A DNA stretch of 64,000 bases from Desulfobulbaceae bacterium (GTDB lineage: Bacteria > Desulfobacterota > Desulfobulbia > Desulfobulbales > Desulfocapsaceae), in NCBI GenBank assembly GCA_031407875.1, contig JANOIV010000191.1, positions 6,419 to 70,418 on the forward strand. Reading direction: 5' to 3'. Of the stretch, positions 29,208 through 39,975 are shown piece after piece (position 1 is the first letter of the stretch; every line of letters begins with the position of its first letter). The notes under the pieces are model-generated. The model worked only from the letters and a program-made list of their open reading frames with translations, was not told the origin of the DNA and searched no databases. Made by a program: the position numbers and the translations under genes.

Positions 29208-29660
29208 ATGAAACTCACACCGCGACTGCTCAGATGGGTACTGAACATCTATGGCCCTTATCTGGGTGCCGGTATCCGGGTTGACCGAATCAGCGACGAC
29301 TGGCGTGAGACGCAGGTCTCAATGAAACTGCGCTGGTATAACAGAAACGCCGTCGGCAGCCATTTCGGCGGCAGTCTCTATTCCATGGTTGATCCGCACC
29401 TGATGCTGATGCTCATGAATATCCTCGGCAAAGGCTATATCGTCTGGGACAAATCGGCCGCAATCGACTTCGTCAGGCCCGGCCGTGGGCGGGTTATGGC
29501 CACCCTTTCCATCACCGATGACGATCTGCAGGCCATCCGGGAGAACACGGAAAATGGTGAAAAATACCTGCCGAAGTTTACAGTCAGGATTGAGGACGAG
29601 AGGGGAGAGCTGGTCGCCAATATTAAAAAGGTCCTCTACATCCGCAGAAAGGCCCAATAA
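29208..29660 (+). CDS. DUF4442 hot-dog fold thioesterase-like protein
   Basis: YGPYLGAGI, NRNAVGSHFGGSLYSMVDP, VWDKSAAIDF. Confidence 0.88.
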   Translation: MKLTPRLLRWVLNIYGPYLGAGIRVDRISDDWRETQVSMKLRWYNRNAVGSHFGGSLYSMVDPHLMLMLMNILGKGYIVWDKSAAIDFVRPGRGRVMATLSITDDDLQAIRENTENGEKYLPKFTVRIEDERGELVANIKKVLYIRRKAQ

Positions 29661-29678
29661 ACATACAAGAGGGAGACC

Positions 29679-30170
29679 ATGCATATATCCATCATCGCGG
29701 TCGGCGGAACCATAGATAAGGTCTACTTCGACGCCAAGAGTCAATACGAGGTCGGCCCACCCAATATTGCCCGGGTGCTGGACGAGTTGAATCTGGCCGT
29801 TGACTATACGGTCACCTCGCTCATGCGCAAAGACAGCCTTGAGCTCACCGATGCGGACAGGGGGCTCATTCTTGCGGCGGTTCAACAGGATCCGTCCTCC
29901 CGCATCCTCATCACCCACGGCACGGACACCATGGTACAGACCGCCCGGTACCTCAATCCGGTGGAGGGCAAAACCATTGTCCTGACCGGGGCGCTGGAAC
30001 CGGCCCTCTTTAAGACCAGTGACGCGGTCTTCAACATCGGCTGCGCCCTGGCGGCGGTACAGACCCTCGTCCCCGGCGTCTACATCGCCATGAACGGGAG
30101 GGTGTTTACGGCCGATAATGTGCGGAAAAATCTTGCGGAAAACCGTTTTGAAGAATTGGGAACGACCTGA
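29679..30170 (+). CDS. asparaginase N-terminal domain protein
   Basis: GGTIDK, KDSLE, ITHGTDTM, VLTGA. Confidence 0.9.
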   Translation: MHISIIAVGGTIDKVYFDAKSQYEVGPPNIARVLDELNLAVDYTVTSLMRKDSLELTDADRGLILAAVQQDPSSRILITHGTDTMVQTARYLNPVEGKTIVLTGALEPALFKTSDAVFNIGCALAAVQTLVPGVYIAMNGRVFTADNVRKNLAENRFEELGTT

Positions 30171-30242
30171 AACAAAGACCGGGCCGCCATTCTCAACGGT
30201 CTATTTTTGATAAACTCGTAACAAGTCGCCACGGAGATCACA

Positions 30243-30369
30243 GATGGCTAGAGAAAAAGTTCGATATCCGAGGCGTAGTGTTTTTGGCAGGTTCTCGACT
30301 ATACATATAGTATGTCGAGGGCCTGCCAAAAACCTACAACGAGGAGATCGGGCTTTTTACGACGCCATC
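30243..30369. mobile_element. palindromic MITE-like element
   Basis: Ends GATGGC..AAAAAG / CTTTTT..GCCATC; inner stems GTTTTTGGCAGG/CCTGCCAAAAAC and CTCGAC/GTCGAG; overlaps the tamB stop. Confidence 0.7.
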
Positions 30370-33300
30370 ATTTATCAATGGAATAGAAGATATCAGCGCC
30401 GTTCGAGTTGGCCGAACTGCGGGTGACGGCGGAAAAGCCATAGCCGAGATCATAGCTGAGACGGAACTCGCCCTTCTGATCAAAGAAGTTGTGATCGTAG
30501 CCGATAAAGAGATTGTCGGTCAGTTTCTTGCCGACCACCAGGGACATGGTACCCTCTTTTTTAGTTCCCTCAAGATGCATCTCATCGACGGGCAAAAGAT
30601 CTGCGAGAGTATTCACCATCCCAGCCCCTTCCTCAAGCCCGAAGACCGATGCCGCTGCCTCCAGGATACTGCCTTCATCTTTGTTTGAAGCCGACCTGGA
30701 GTGCCCTACAACCATATAGGCCAGGATATCACTCTCGTCCATGCTCGGGTCGGAAAAGAGTTTATATTCGAGATCCTGCAAGTTACCGCTGACATCGACT
30801 CCGATTATCAGATCGTTACCCGCCACCCTTTTCTCCTTGATTGACTGCAGGGCGCGAGCATCGATCACGGGGTTGTCGACCGGCCCGCCGGAAAAGAGAA
30901 TCCGACCCCGATCAACGGCCATAGAACGACCGTAGATGGAAAAAATGCCGTCCTTTAGGGTCAGCTCCCCCCTGCCGCTCATAAAGGTATCCGAGGTGTC
31001 ACGGACTGCCAGACTGCCGAGGAGCCGTCCTTTCAGACCATAGCCATCGATCTGGACATCATCCCCCAGTTTCACCCGCAGGTCTGAATCGAGCGGCCAG
31101 CGTGAGATCTTTTCCTCCTGCTCCTGGTCGGTATAGATCACATCCCCCGAGACGTTGACCGAATCTTTCATCTCTTCAGGGGTGAGAAGGGCCTTGGGCA
31201 CAAAAATATCTCCCGTCAGTTCCCCTTTCTCGCCGTTGAAGCGAAAACGGATGTCGGGATTGACTTGAATCTCATATTCCGGCAGACGCACTGCCTCAAA
31301 CTGTTCACCAAGGATGCGGAAGTCACCCTGGATACCGGCTGCCCCGCTATAGGCGATCGTCCCCTCCGCCGTTACACTGCCCGGGCCTGAGCGGGCCGAT
31401 CCCTGGATCTCAACGGTCTCACCCATGGCGGCCAGGGAAACGCCGACATCCTGCAGGAAAATGCCAAGAGATGGCAGGGCGATCTTGCCGTCCCTGAGAT
31501 CGAGCTGCCCGGAAAAAACCGGATGCGAAAGTGTGCCGGTAATGGCCAGAGCACTGTTCAATCTGCCCGTGGGCCGCAGGAAAAAGTCGGTGAGAGCGGC
31601 AAAGGGCGAGAGATCCTGCATATCGATCTGCAGTTCTCCCTTGAGAGGCTGGAGCCAGAAAGGTTGAGCGAAGATGCCCGCCTGATCGATTGCCATCTGT
31701 AAAGCGACCGAACTTTTGTCCTGGAAGCCCGACTTCACTGTAGTCTGGAGTTTCTGATCGGCGAGATGCATGTGTAGCGTGGTCTCTTGCAGGGACAACT
31801 GGGCAAAGCCCTCCTCGGCCAGGCCGAGCTCGATATGGGTCTGGGGCACAGCGACCTCCACGTCGCCGGAGATGATCCGCTCGCTATCTCCGGTGACTGC
31901 CAATGTGGCATCGACACTTCCCCGGACCGGCCAGGCCAGGAGATCATTGTCATTGAGGGAAGTGAGAGACAGGTCCTGCACTTTGCCCTCGGCCCGCCAG
32001 AGTGATTTTCCTTCATTGCGTCGCCAGTCGCCGGCCAGACAGATCCGGCCCTTTTCCTGGCCCAGGCAGAGATCCGCAAGAGTAAACCCCTCTTTTGTGA
32101 TAGCAAGGGCGGCCGTTTGTTGCTGCAACCAGCTGCCGGCAGAGGGCAGGCGCATCTGCAGATCATGGACCCGGCCCTGCCAGAGCTTGTCCTGCAGAGC
32201 TCCCTGGATAGCCAGTTGCAGATCCCCCTGGTCCGTCTGCAACCGGGCCTTGAGGTTATGGTCCTCGGCGGAGCCCGTAAGCTCGATCTTGCCGCTGCGC
32301 AGGACCACTGAGGCAAAAGAGATTTTCTCCCCCTCAACCGTTGCCTTCATCTCGGCGCCCGGTCGGGTATCCGCATGTACCTTGGCCGTGAGCCGCTCTA
32401 TGATTTCACCCCCGTAACGCACCCCGGCGGCATCGAGATCGAGGTCAAGCAAGGGAAACTCACGGCTGCCAGCCACCCGGCCCCTGGCATTGATCTCCCC
32501 TTTTGCGCCCGGCAGGACCTCGCCGATGTCAGGCGAGGCCAGATCAAACTGGAGATCGTATGTATCATCAATCACCCCGGTGGCCCGGAGGGATGAGGCC
32601 CCGCTCTGCAGGAACAGATCCTGCACCTGGAGACGGCTAGCGAGTGAGCTGATTTTCCCCTTGCCGGTCACCGGAAAATCCCGGACAGTGCCCTCCAGAA
32701 AGCGAATATCGGTTGAGGTCTGCAGATGTCCGTCTTTGCCGTATCCCACATATCCCTCTGAAGTGAGATCAGCGGTAATACTGCCCATAAGCCGCGCATC
32801 AAATCCGGCGGGGTTGAAGTCCTCGGTTTGCACCTCGCCTCGCCATTTGAAGCCGTGTAACCAGGCCAGGGCGAGGTCGCCGATCTGCACGGCACCGCCC
32901 GCTGAGCTGAGATGCAGCGATCTGGCGGTCAATCCGGCATGATCACCAATGACATCCGAGGTGCCGGTGATATCATGAAAGTCGAGAAACGACGTCCCCT
33001 GGGTCTTGACCGTGCCATGATAGCCACTGAAATCACCGGCGGCATCGACTACAGCACTCAGTCTGAGTTTTGGCCAGGTCGGATAAAATGCCGGGAACCA
33101 CACCTGCCGGCCCTCGGCTCGGGCCTGCCAGTGCGGGTTATGGGGCAGACCGTAGAGTATCCCCGACACCCGGACATCAGCCGGACGATCCCCCGCTGCT
33201 GTAACCTGCAGCTGGTCGAGAGGTCCCCTGGCCGAGAAAGTGCCGCCCATCTCGGCATACTCGGGAGGGTTTATACGCCAGGATCCCATGAGATCGGTCG

Positions 33301-33871
33301 ACCATTTCCCGTCGATTTCCAGAAACCCGTGGAGCTGCAGACCGTAACGGTCGGCATCGAGCAGGCCGTCCTGAATCTCCAGACGGCGCCGATCACCATT
33401 GAACCGCAGCCCCAGGCGATGGATATCGGTGAGCAGACTACCGTCGGGATGCAGGATCTTGAGGCCTGCCACATCGAGTCGCTCGATGAGAAGAGGGATT
33501 GGCAGTAAGGTCTCAGGCAGGGAAAAAGGAGCGGCGGTTTCGGCATCAACGGATTTAACAGCAACCACGACATCCTTGAGGCTGATTCCGGCAATATGCA
33601 GACTCCCTTTGAAAAGTCCGTCTGCCCGCCAGTCAAAGCTGAGGAGACCGCACGAGATATCGGCGGCCGGGGTTGTTATCTTCAGATCCTTGAGACTCCA
33701 GGCCGAGAGCAGCCGTCCTTCGACCTGATCTACCGAAAAAGAACGGCCGGACAGCTTGCCGGCTACCTTCGTCAAGAGGTGCAGACCCTGCTGTAAATTG
33801 AGGAGATAATATAGACCCAAGCCAACAAGGAGACAGAAAAGCAGGAGAATAAATAACAGCTTCTTTTTCAT
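30368..33871 (-). CDS. tamB: translocation/assembly module TamB
   Basis: N-terminal anchor, long beta-rich body, DUF490-like C-terminus (FSGGPVDNP, LFSDPSM..DILAY). Confidence 0.9.
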   Translation of the reverse strand: MKKKLLFILLLFCLLVGLGLYYLLNLQQGLHLLTKVAGKLSGRSFSVDQVEGRLLSAWSLKDLKITTPAADISCGLLSFDWRADGLFKGSLHIAGISLKDVVVAVKSVDAETAAPFSLPETLLPIPLLIERLDVAGLKILHPDGSLLTDIHRLGLRFNGDRRRLEIQDGLLDADRYGLQLHGFLEIDGKWSTDLMGSWRINPPEYAEMGGTFSARGPLDQLQVTAAGDRPADVRVSGILYGLPHNPHWQARAEGRQVWFPAFYPTWPKLRLSAVVDAAGDFSGYHGTVKTQGTSFLDFHDITGTSDVIGDHAGLTARSLHLSSAGGAVQIGDLALAWLHGFKWRGEVQTEDFNPAGFDARLMGSITADLTSEGYVGYGKDGHLQTSTDIRFLEGTVRDFPVTGKGKISSLASRLQVQDLFLQSGASSLRATGVIDDTYDLQFDLASPDIGEVLPGAKGEINARGRVAGSREFPLLDLDLDAAGVRYGGEIIERLTAKVHADTRPGAEMKATVEGEKISFASVVLRSGKIELTGSAEDHNLKARLQTDQGDLQLAIQGALQDKLWQGRVHDLQMRLPSAGSWLQQQTAALAITKEGFTLADLCLGQEKGRICLAGDWRRNEGKSLWRAEGKVQDLSLTSLNDNDLLAWPVRGSVDATLAVTGDSERIISGDVEVAVPQTHIELGLAEEGFAQLSLQETTLHMHLADQKLQTTVKSGFQDKSSVALQMAIDQAGIFAQPFWLQPLKGELQIDMQDLSPFAALTDFFLRPTGRLNSALAITGTLSHPVFSGQLDLRDGKIALPSLGIFLQDVGVSLAAMGETVEIQGSARSGPGSVTAEGTIAYSGAAGIQGDFRILGEQFEAVRLPEYEIQVNPDIRFRFNGEKGELTGDIFVPKALLTPEEMKDSVNVSGDVIYTDQEQEEKISRWPLDSDLRVKLGDDVQIDGYGLKGRLLGSLAVRDTSDTFMSGRGELTLKDGIFSIYGRSMAVDRGRILFSGGPVDNPVIDARALQSIKEKRVAGNDLIIGVDVSGNLQDLEYKLFSDPSMDESDILAYMVVGHSRSASNKDEGSILEAAASVFGLEEGAGMVNTLADLLPVDEMHLEGTKKEGTMSLVVGKKLTDNLFIGYDHNFFDQKGEFRLSYDLGYGFSAVTRSSANSNGADIFYSIDK

Positions 33872-35625
33872 AGATCACCTCCGACCGAGAGGTGCAGCCT
33901 GAGGGGATAACCGTCTTCCGAAAGGGCGGATGCCAGATCCAGCCGAACCTGACCAAACGGCAGACGGAATCTGACCCCCAGGCCCGCCCCCCGTTCAAAG
34001 TCGAGCGCGACATCATCCATGGCGTTGCCGACATCCAAAAAGGTGGCCATGCTCCAGCGTTCATTGATCAATCTCTCGAGTTCGACGCTGCCGACCACGA
34101 GATACCGACCGCCCACCACGGTCCCCGAGGCATCGCGGGTGCCCAGTTCCTTGTAAGCAAAGCCCCTGATGCTCTGATCGCCGCCGGCATAGAAGCGCAG
34201 GGAAGGCGGCAGGTCATCGATGGAATCCACCAGGGTGGCCCCCAAGGTGCCCCGACCGATCAAACGCCAGGGATCAAAGGGGGTGAAAATGAGCTTCGAC
34301 GTCCCTGTTGCCTGGAGAAAGGTGGCATCAGAACCGACCGATTCGGCGGCGCCCTTGAGATTGACCGTCACCTGTAGTCCTTTTTTAATATGCAACAGGT
34401 TATCAGCCCAGATCAGGGCCAGATTGGCTCCGGGCATGAGCAAGCCGCTGCTGCCACTGGTGATGCCGACATCATACTGCTCGTCCCTGACCTCCAGCGA
34501 TCCCCCGTAATGAAAAACCGGTCCGGCATGATCGAGCGACACACCCGCCGCCAGAAGACGGGTCTGGGTGTCGTTCCAGCTCTGATCATTATAGGAGGAA
34601 CTGAGCGCATAGCTGTCATACTGGGGATTAGCCCGCGGCATATCATAACGGAAGGTGAAAGCGTTCTCTTTTTCGGCAATCTGCAGGGCGCCGCGGGCCT
34701 TATGTCCGAGGCTATTCAACAGCCGGTTCCGCCACTCCAGCCGCCCTCTGGCCCCGGTATCATCGCCATAGCCAAGGCCAAAACTGTAGCGGTTGAGATG
34801 TTCCGGGGGCTCCAGATCGACCGCTACGGGGATCTGCAGGTTCTCAGCGTTTTCGACATCGCCCTTGACCGATACCCGGCTGAAAAAATCGGTGCGATAC
34901 AGCACATTCCGCAGCTCCTGCATCTTGGCGGGAGACCAGGGATCTCCGACCTTGTAGGGCAGATAGCGGGCCAGGAGTTCGGGTTTGATACTCTCCTGAT
35001 CCGAGGAGGTCTGGCCGAAGAGGAATTGGGGACCGGTGTCGAGGGTCAGAACGATCTCCGCCACCTTCTGTGCCCTATTAATCCGCAGTTCTTGCCGGGA
35101 AAAACGGGCGGTCAGGAAACCTTTTATCAGGGCCGAACGGACGAGTTGTTTCTTGCCTTTTTCATAGAGCCCCTGGTCCAGCACCTTACCAGCTGCCAGC
35201 GGGAAGTGCTCGCTGAGACCGGCAAACTCCGCCCGGCCCGGCCCCTCTATTGTAACCTGCACCTTTTTCACCAGGACCGGTTTGCCGGGGACGATGACAT
35301 AGAGGGCATACCAGGAGTCGCCTCTCTGCTCGAGACTCTCCTCTATGGTCGGGGAATAATAGCCAAAAGGAGCCAGGGCGGATTCGATATCGGCACTGGC
35401 CTTCTGATGCAGACGTCTGATTTCAAATTCCGTCAAGCGGCCGCTCTTTCTATGGATAAAAATCTTCAGCCGTGCCAGAACGTTATCATACAGGGCGTCC
35501 TTCACGCCCTTGACCTTCACGTCCAGAGAAACCGCGGCCGACAGAGGCAGGGGGGTGATCAGCAGGATGCTGAGAAGCAGGAATATGATTCGACAAGACA
35601 AGGATGTTATATTATGAAAGATCAC
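33868..35625 (-). CDS. tamA: autotransporter assembly factor TamA
   Basis: ALAPFGYYSP POTRA, LRFYAGGDQSIRGF, GLGVRFRLPFG. Confidence 0.92.
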   Translation of the reverse strand: MIFHNITSLSCRIIFLLLSILLITPLPLSAAVSLDVKVKGVKDALYDNVLARLKIFIHRKSGRLTEFEIRRLHQKASADIESALAPFGYYSPTIEESLEQRGDSWYALYVIVPGKPVLVKKVQVTIEGPGRAEFAGLSEHFPLAAGKVLDQGLYEKGKKQLVRSALIKGFLTARFSRQELRINRAQKVAEIVLTLDTGPQFLFGQTSSDQESIKPELLARYLPYKVGDPWSPAKMQELRNVLYRTDFFSRVSVKGDVENAENLQIPVAVDLEPPEHLNRYSFGLGYGDDTGARGRLEWRNRLLNSLGHKARGALQIAEKENAFTFRYDMPRANPQYDSYALSSSYNDQSWNDTQTRLLAAGVSLDHAGPVFHYGGSLEVRDEQYDVGITSGSSGLLMPGANLALIWADNLLHIKKGLQVTVNLKGAAESVGSDATFLQATGTSKLIFTPFDPWRLIGRGTLGATLVDSIDDLPPSLRFYAGGDQSIRGFAYKELGTRDASGTVVGGRYLVVGSVELERLINERWSMATFLDVGNAMDDVALDFERGAGLGVRFRLPFGQVRLDLASALSEDGYPLRLHLSVGGDL

Positions 35626-35728
35626 AGATTTTCATGTATCGAACGGGGGATCGGCTCAGGTGTCCATCCCCTCTGAAGGTTTGTAAAAACATCAGCGATA
35701 TTTTACACTACTGGTCGGTATTTGAAAG

Positions 35729-37069
35729 ATGAATATCAATTCTCTCACCATTAAAAAGGTGATTAACGGCGGCTATGGCCTCGCCCGGCTCGAGAATGGC
35801 CAGGTTGTCCTGGTACAGCGGGCCCTGCCGGGTGAGATTGTCGATGTCCGCATCAGCGAAGAAAAAAAGTCCTATCTCCAGGGGACGGTGACCAGGGTCC
35901 ACGGCAACCATCCCGCAAGAATCACCCCCGAATGCCCCTATTACGGCGACTGCGGCGGCTGCGATCTGCAGCACTGCGACTATCCCGGCCAGCTGACGAT
36001 TAAAAGGGCGATCATCGCCGACTTGCTGGTACGCCACGGCTCCTCCGATCTGCGGGAGGCAGCCGGTATCCTTCTCGAGCCTCTGCCCTCACCTGCCATC
36101 TTCGCTTACCGCCAGCGCATCCGTCTCCAGATCGATTCTGCCGGAAGGCCCGGTTTCAAACGTTTTCATTCCCACGAGATCATCCCGATATGCCGCTGTC
36201 TCATAGCCCGCGATGAACTCAACGAGGCCTTGGCGGCCCTACCGGGGCATGCCGCATTCACAGGCCTTATGCGCCACTGTGTCGAGCTTGAGCTCCTGAC
36301 CGATCCGGCTACCGCCGGGGTGATCTGCCTGATGCATCTGCAGCGCAAGCCTCGGCCGAAAGACGTGGAGGCCGCAGCCCGCCTCTGCTGCGATATCCCT
36401 CTCATCGACCGGATCTTTTTCCAGGCCAAGGCCTTTCCTCTTGGCAACGCCGCAAAAAAGGCGGCAGGAGGCGACGGGGAGCGGCCCCTGGGGATCATCT
36501 ATCCGGCTGACGACGAAAATGCCGCCGCCCTGGAACTCTCATGGGAGGTGGGCGGTTTCTGCCAGGTCAATCTGGCACAGAACCGTCAGCTGATCAAAAC
36601 AGTCCTCGACTTCGCCAACCCGGCAGCAGACGAGGATGTCCTCGACCTCTTCTGCGGCATGGGCAACTTCTCCATCCCGCTGGCCGGACGATGCCGGAGT
36701 CTTCTCGGTATTGAAGGCCAGGCCTCGGCCATCCGCAGCGCCAGGGCAAACAGCCACAGGGCCGGACTGAGCTGCGCCGAATTCCGCCAGATGCCGCTCC
36801 ATGCTGCCTGTGACGATCTGGTCCGGGCCGACAGATCGTTTGCCTGTGTCGTCATCGACCCGCCCCGCCAGGGCGTCCCCGGTCTGGCCCGCCAGCTCGC
36901 AGAGCTTACCGGCAAACGCCTGGTCTATGTCTCCTGCGATCCGGCCACCCTCTGCCGTGATCTGGCCGAACTCCTCGAAAAGGGTTTTAGCCTGAAACGC
37001 CTTCAGCCTATCGACATGTTCCCCCAGACCCACCATATCGAGACCGTTGTCTTGCTTGAAAAGAATTGA
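35729..37069 (+). CDS. rlmD: 23S rRNA m5U methyltransferase (TRAM domain)
   Basis: CPYYGDCGGC cluster motif, FCQVN, DLFCGMG, DPPR, YVSCDPATL, DMFPQTHHIE. Confidence 0.9.
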   Translation: MNINSLTIKKVINGGYGLARLENGQVVLVQRALPGEIVDVRISEEKKSYLQGTVTRVHGNHPARITPECPYYGDCGGCDLQHCDYPGQLTIKRAIIADLLVRHGSSDLREAAGILLEPLPSPAIFAYRQRIRLQIDSAGRPGFKRFHSHEIIPICRCLIARDELNEALAALPGHAAFTGLMRHCVELELLTDPATAGVICLMHLQRKPRPKDVEAAARLCCDIPLIDRIFFQAKAFPLGNAAKKAAGGDGERPLGIIYPADDENAAALELSWEVGGFCQVNLAQNRQLIKTVLDFANPAADEDVLDLFCGMGNFSIPLAGRCRSLLGIEGQASAIRSARANSHRAGLSCAEFRQMPLHAACDDLVRADRSFACVVIDPPRQGVPGLARQLAELTGKRLVYVSCDPATLCRDLAELLEKGFSLKRLQPIDMFPQTHHIETVVLLEKN

Positions 37070-37121
37070 CAGAAAGGCCGTTTTTCGGTAATTCCTAGGG
37101 CATCTCCTGAATGTTCAGAGA

Positions 37122-37149
37122 AGCGGCAGTTTCTGCCGCTTTTTTTTTT
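37122..37149 (+). terminator. intrinsic terminator-like hairpin between rlmD and lysS
   Basis: AGCGGCAG-ttt-CTGCCGCT followed by T9. Confidence 0.65.
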
Positions 37150-37198
37150 ATAGATGCCGGGGGCATCATCACTCTTCCACCACTTAATGAGCTGTACC

Positions 37199-38746
37199 AT
37201 GAATAAAGATAATCAAGTCCTGACGCAACGCCGGGAAAAAGCCGAGGCCTTGGCCGCTCTTGGCGTCAACCTCTATAGCAACTCCTTCAAGCCTGCCAAT
37301 TCGGTGCATGAACTACTGCCCAAGGGTGAAGGCCTGGAACCCGAGACAGCCGAACCGGGAAAAGCCAGCTATTCGATCGCCGGTCGCGTCATGTCGATGC
37401 GCAAATTCGGCAAGGCCGCCTTCTGCCATCTCGCCGACACCAGCGGTCAGATGCAGATCTACCTGCAGCGCGACACCCTGGGCGAAGAGCAGTTTACCAT
37501 CTTCAAAAAATGGGATATCGGCGATATCGTCGGCGTCAAGGGATCCCTCTTCAAGACCAAGACCGGTGAGCTGTCGGTCCTGGCGACCTACATCACCATG
37601 ATCTCGAAATCACTGCGCCCCCTGCCGGAGAAATGGCACGGCCTCACCGATGTCGAGACCCGCTACCGCCAGCGCTATGTCGACCTGATTGTTACCCCGG
37701 AGAGCCGCGAGATCTTCCGCAAACGGGTGGAGATCATCCGTCTCGTGCGGGAATACCTCAACAACCGCAATTTCATGGAAGTGGAAACACCGATGATGCA
37801 GCCGGTCCCCGGTGGCGCCAACGCCAGGCCTTTTAAGACCCATCACAAGGCCCTGGACATGGACCTCTACCTGCGCATAGCCCCTGAGCTCTACCTCAAG
37901 CGGCTCCTGGTCGGCGGTTTTGACCGGGTCTTCGAGATCAACCGCAATTTTAGAAACGAGGGCCTCTCGACCCGGCACAATCCCGAGTTCACCATGCTCG
38001 AGTTCTATCAGGCCTATGCCACCTACCACGACCTGATGGATCTCACCGAGGAGTTGATCTCCTCGATCTGCCAGAAGATCAACGGCAGCATGCAGATCAC
38101 CTACCAAGAGGCAGAGGTCAATCTCGCCCCACCCTGGCGACGCCTGACCATGGACGAAGCCCTGATCCAGGTAGGCGGCGTTGATCCGGCCATCCTCGCA
38201 GACGATGCCAGAATCTTCGCCCTCGCCAGGGAGAAAGGCATAAAGCTCGAAGAGCAGGCCGGGGTCGGCAAGGCCAAGACTGACCTCTTCGAACTGCTGG
38301 TCGAGGAAAAACTCACCGACCCGACCTTCATCACCTCCTACCCCACCGAGGTCTCACCGCTCGCCCGCCGCAACGAACAGGACCCGACGGTCACCGACCG
38401 TTTCGAGCTCTTCATCACCGGCCGGGAGATCGCCAACGCCTTCAGTGAACTGAACGATCCGGTTGATCAGCGTCAGCGCTTTGAAAAACAGATCGCCGAG
38501 CGGGGGAGCGACGAGGAAGTTCATCCCGTTCTCGACGAAGACTATGTCCGGGCCCTGGAATACGGCATGCCCTCGGCCGCCGGCGAAGGTATTGGCATTG
38601 ATCGCCTGGTCATGCTGCTGACCGATGCCCCGTCCATCCGCGACGTCATCCTCTTCCCGCACCTCAAAGCCGAGACCAAGGGACATGTTAAGGAGCAGCC
38701 AAAAGGCCAGGGCACATCCTGCGGCTGCGGCAAGGCAGGGGCCTGA
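37199..38746 (+). CDS. lysS: lysine--tRNA ligase (class II)
   Basis: RYRQRYVDL, LYLRIAPELYLKRL, FRNEG, HNPEFTMLEFY, GIGIDRL. Confidence 0.97.
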   Translation: MNKDNQVLTQRREKAEALAALGVNLYSNSFKPANSVHELLPKGEGLEPETAEPGKASYSIAGRVMSMRKFGKAAFCHLADTSGQMQIYLQRDTLGEEQFTIFKKWDIGDIVGVKGSLFKTKTGELSVLATYITMISKSLRPLPEKWHGLTDVETRYRQRYVDLIVTPESREIFRKRVEIIRLVREYLNNRNFMEVETPMMQPVPGGANARPFKTHHKALDMDLYLRIAPELYLKRLLVGGFDRVFEINRNFRNEGLSTRHNPEFTMLEFYQAYATYHDLMDLTEELISSICQKINGSMQITYQEAEVNLAPPWRRLTMDEALIQVGGVDPAILADDARIFALAREKGIKLEEQAGVGKAKTDLFELLVEEKLTDPTFITSYPTEVSPLARRNEQDPTVTDRFELFITGREIANAFSELNDPVDQRQRFEKQIAERGSDEEVHPVLDEDYVRALEYGMPSAAGEGIGIDRLVMLLTDAPSIRDVILFPHLKAETKGHVKEQPKGQGTSCGCGKAGA

Positions 38747-38748
38747 TT

Positions 38749-39975
38749 ATGTTTGAGTGGTTTGTCAGTTTCAGATACCTGCGGGCCAAGCACCGGCACG
38801 GCTTCATCTCGCTCATCTCCCTGATCAGCGTGGCCGGCATCACGGTGGGGGTTATCGCCCTTATCGTCGTGCTTGCGGTGTATTCGGGATTTACCGACGG
38901 GCTCAGGGACCAGATCCTCGGAGTCAACTCGCATATCATTGTCCAGCGGATCGGCGGTGTCATTGATGAATACGGGCTGGTGCGCGACCGGGTCCTGACG
39001 ACAGAGGGTGTCGTTGCCGCCACGCCCTATATCTTTAGCCAAACGCTTCTCAGCGGGGCCAGTGGTGGCACCGGCGTGGTCCTGCGCGGTATCGACCCGG
39101 AGACCGCCAAGACCGTGATCAGCTTGCCCCAGCAGATGAAGGCCGGCAAGCTCGAGGATCTCATCCAGGAGAAGGCCGCCAGGGTGCCCCATATCATCCT
39201 CGGCAAGAATCTCGCCCAGGATCTGCAGGTCGGCGTCGGCGACCGGGTACGATTGATTTCACCCTCGGGACCGCTCACTCCCATGGGGGTTATTCCCAAG
39301 GTCAAGACCTGCAGGGTGTCGGGGATCTTTGAATCCGGCATGTTCGAGTACGATTCGACCCTGGCCTATATGTCGCTTGCCAACGTCCAGGGTTTTCTCG
39401 GCATCGGCGATATCGTCCACGGTATCGAGGTCAAGATCGAAGAAAAGGATCTGAACCGGGCCGACCAGATCGCCTTGAAAATCGCCGGCAAGCTCGGGCC
39501 GGGTTTTATCGGCAAGGATTGGATGTCGATGAATCACAATCTTTTCGCCGCCTTTAAACTGGAAAAGATCGGCATGTTCATCTGTATGACGCTGATCATC
39601 CTGGTGGCCGCCCTCAATATCATCAGCGCCCTCGTTATGGTCGTCATGGAAAAGGGCCGCGATATCGCCATCCTCAAATCCATGGGTGCCACCTCGGCCT
39701 CGATCATGCGCATCTTTTTCTTCCAGGGCCTGGTCATCGCCCTGGCCGGCACGCTGCTCGGGGTTGTCGGCGGTCTCGGCCTCTGTGAACTGCTGTCCCG
39801 CTATCACTTTATCGAACTGCCCTCAAACGTCTATCCCATGACCACCCTGCCCATCAAGGTCCTGCCGCTGGATGTGACCATTGTCGCCATCAGCTCGATT
39901 ATCATCACCCTGACCGCGACCCTCTATCCGTCCTGGAAGGCCTCACAGGTCCGTCCCGCCGAGGTGCTGTCATGA
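38749..39975 (+). CDS. lolC: lipoprotein-releasing ABC transporter permease (LolC/E)
   Basis: RYLRAK..FISLIS, DWMSMNHNLFAAFKLEK, IAILKSMGA. Confidence 0.9.
   Translation: MFEWFVSFRYLRAKHRHGFISLISLISVAGITVGVIALIVVLAVYSGFTDGLRDQILGVNSHIIVQRIGGVIDEYGLVRDRVLTTEGVVAATPYIFSQTLLSGASGGTGVVLRGIDPETAKTVISLPQQMKAGKLEDLIQEKAARVPHIILGKNLAQDLQVGVGDRVRLISPSGPLTPMGVIPKVKTCRVSGIFESGMFEYDSTLAYMSLANVQGFLGIGDIVHGIEVKIEEKDLNRADQIALKIAGKLGPGFIGKDWMSMNHNLFAAFKLEKIGMFICMTLIILVAALNIISALVMVVMEKGRDIAILKSMGATSASIMRIFFFQGLVIALAGTLLGVVGGLGLCELLSRYHFIELPSNVYPMTTLPIKVLPLDVTIVAISSIIITLTATLYPSWKASQVRPAEVLS

Noticed and set aside
34390-35676. 428-aa plus-strand ORF
   Set aside because: Antisense shadow of tamA
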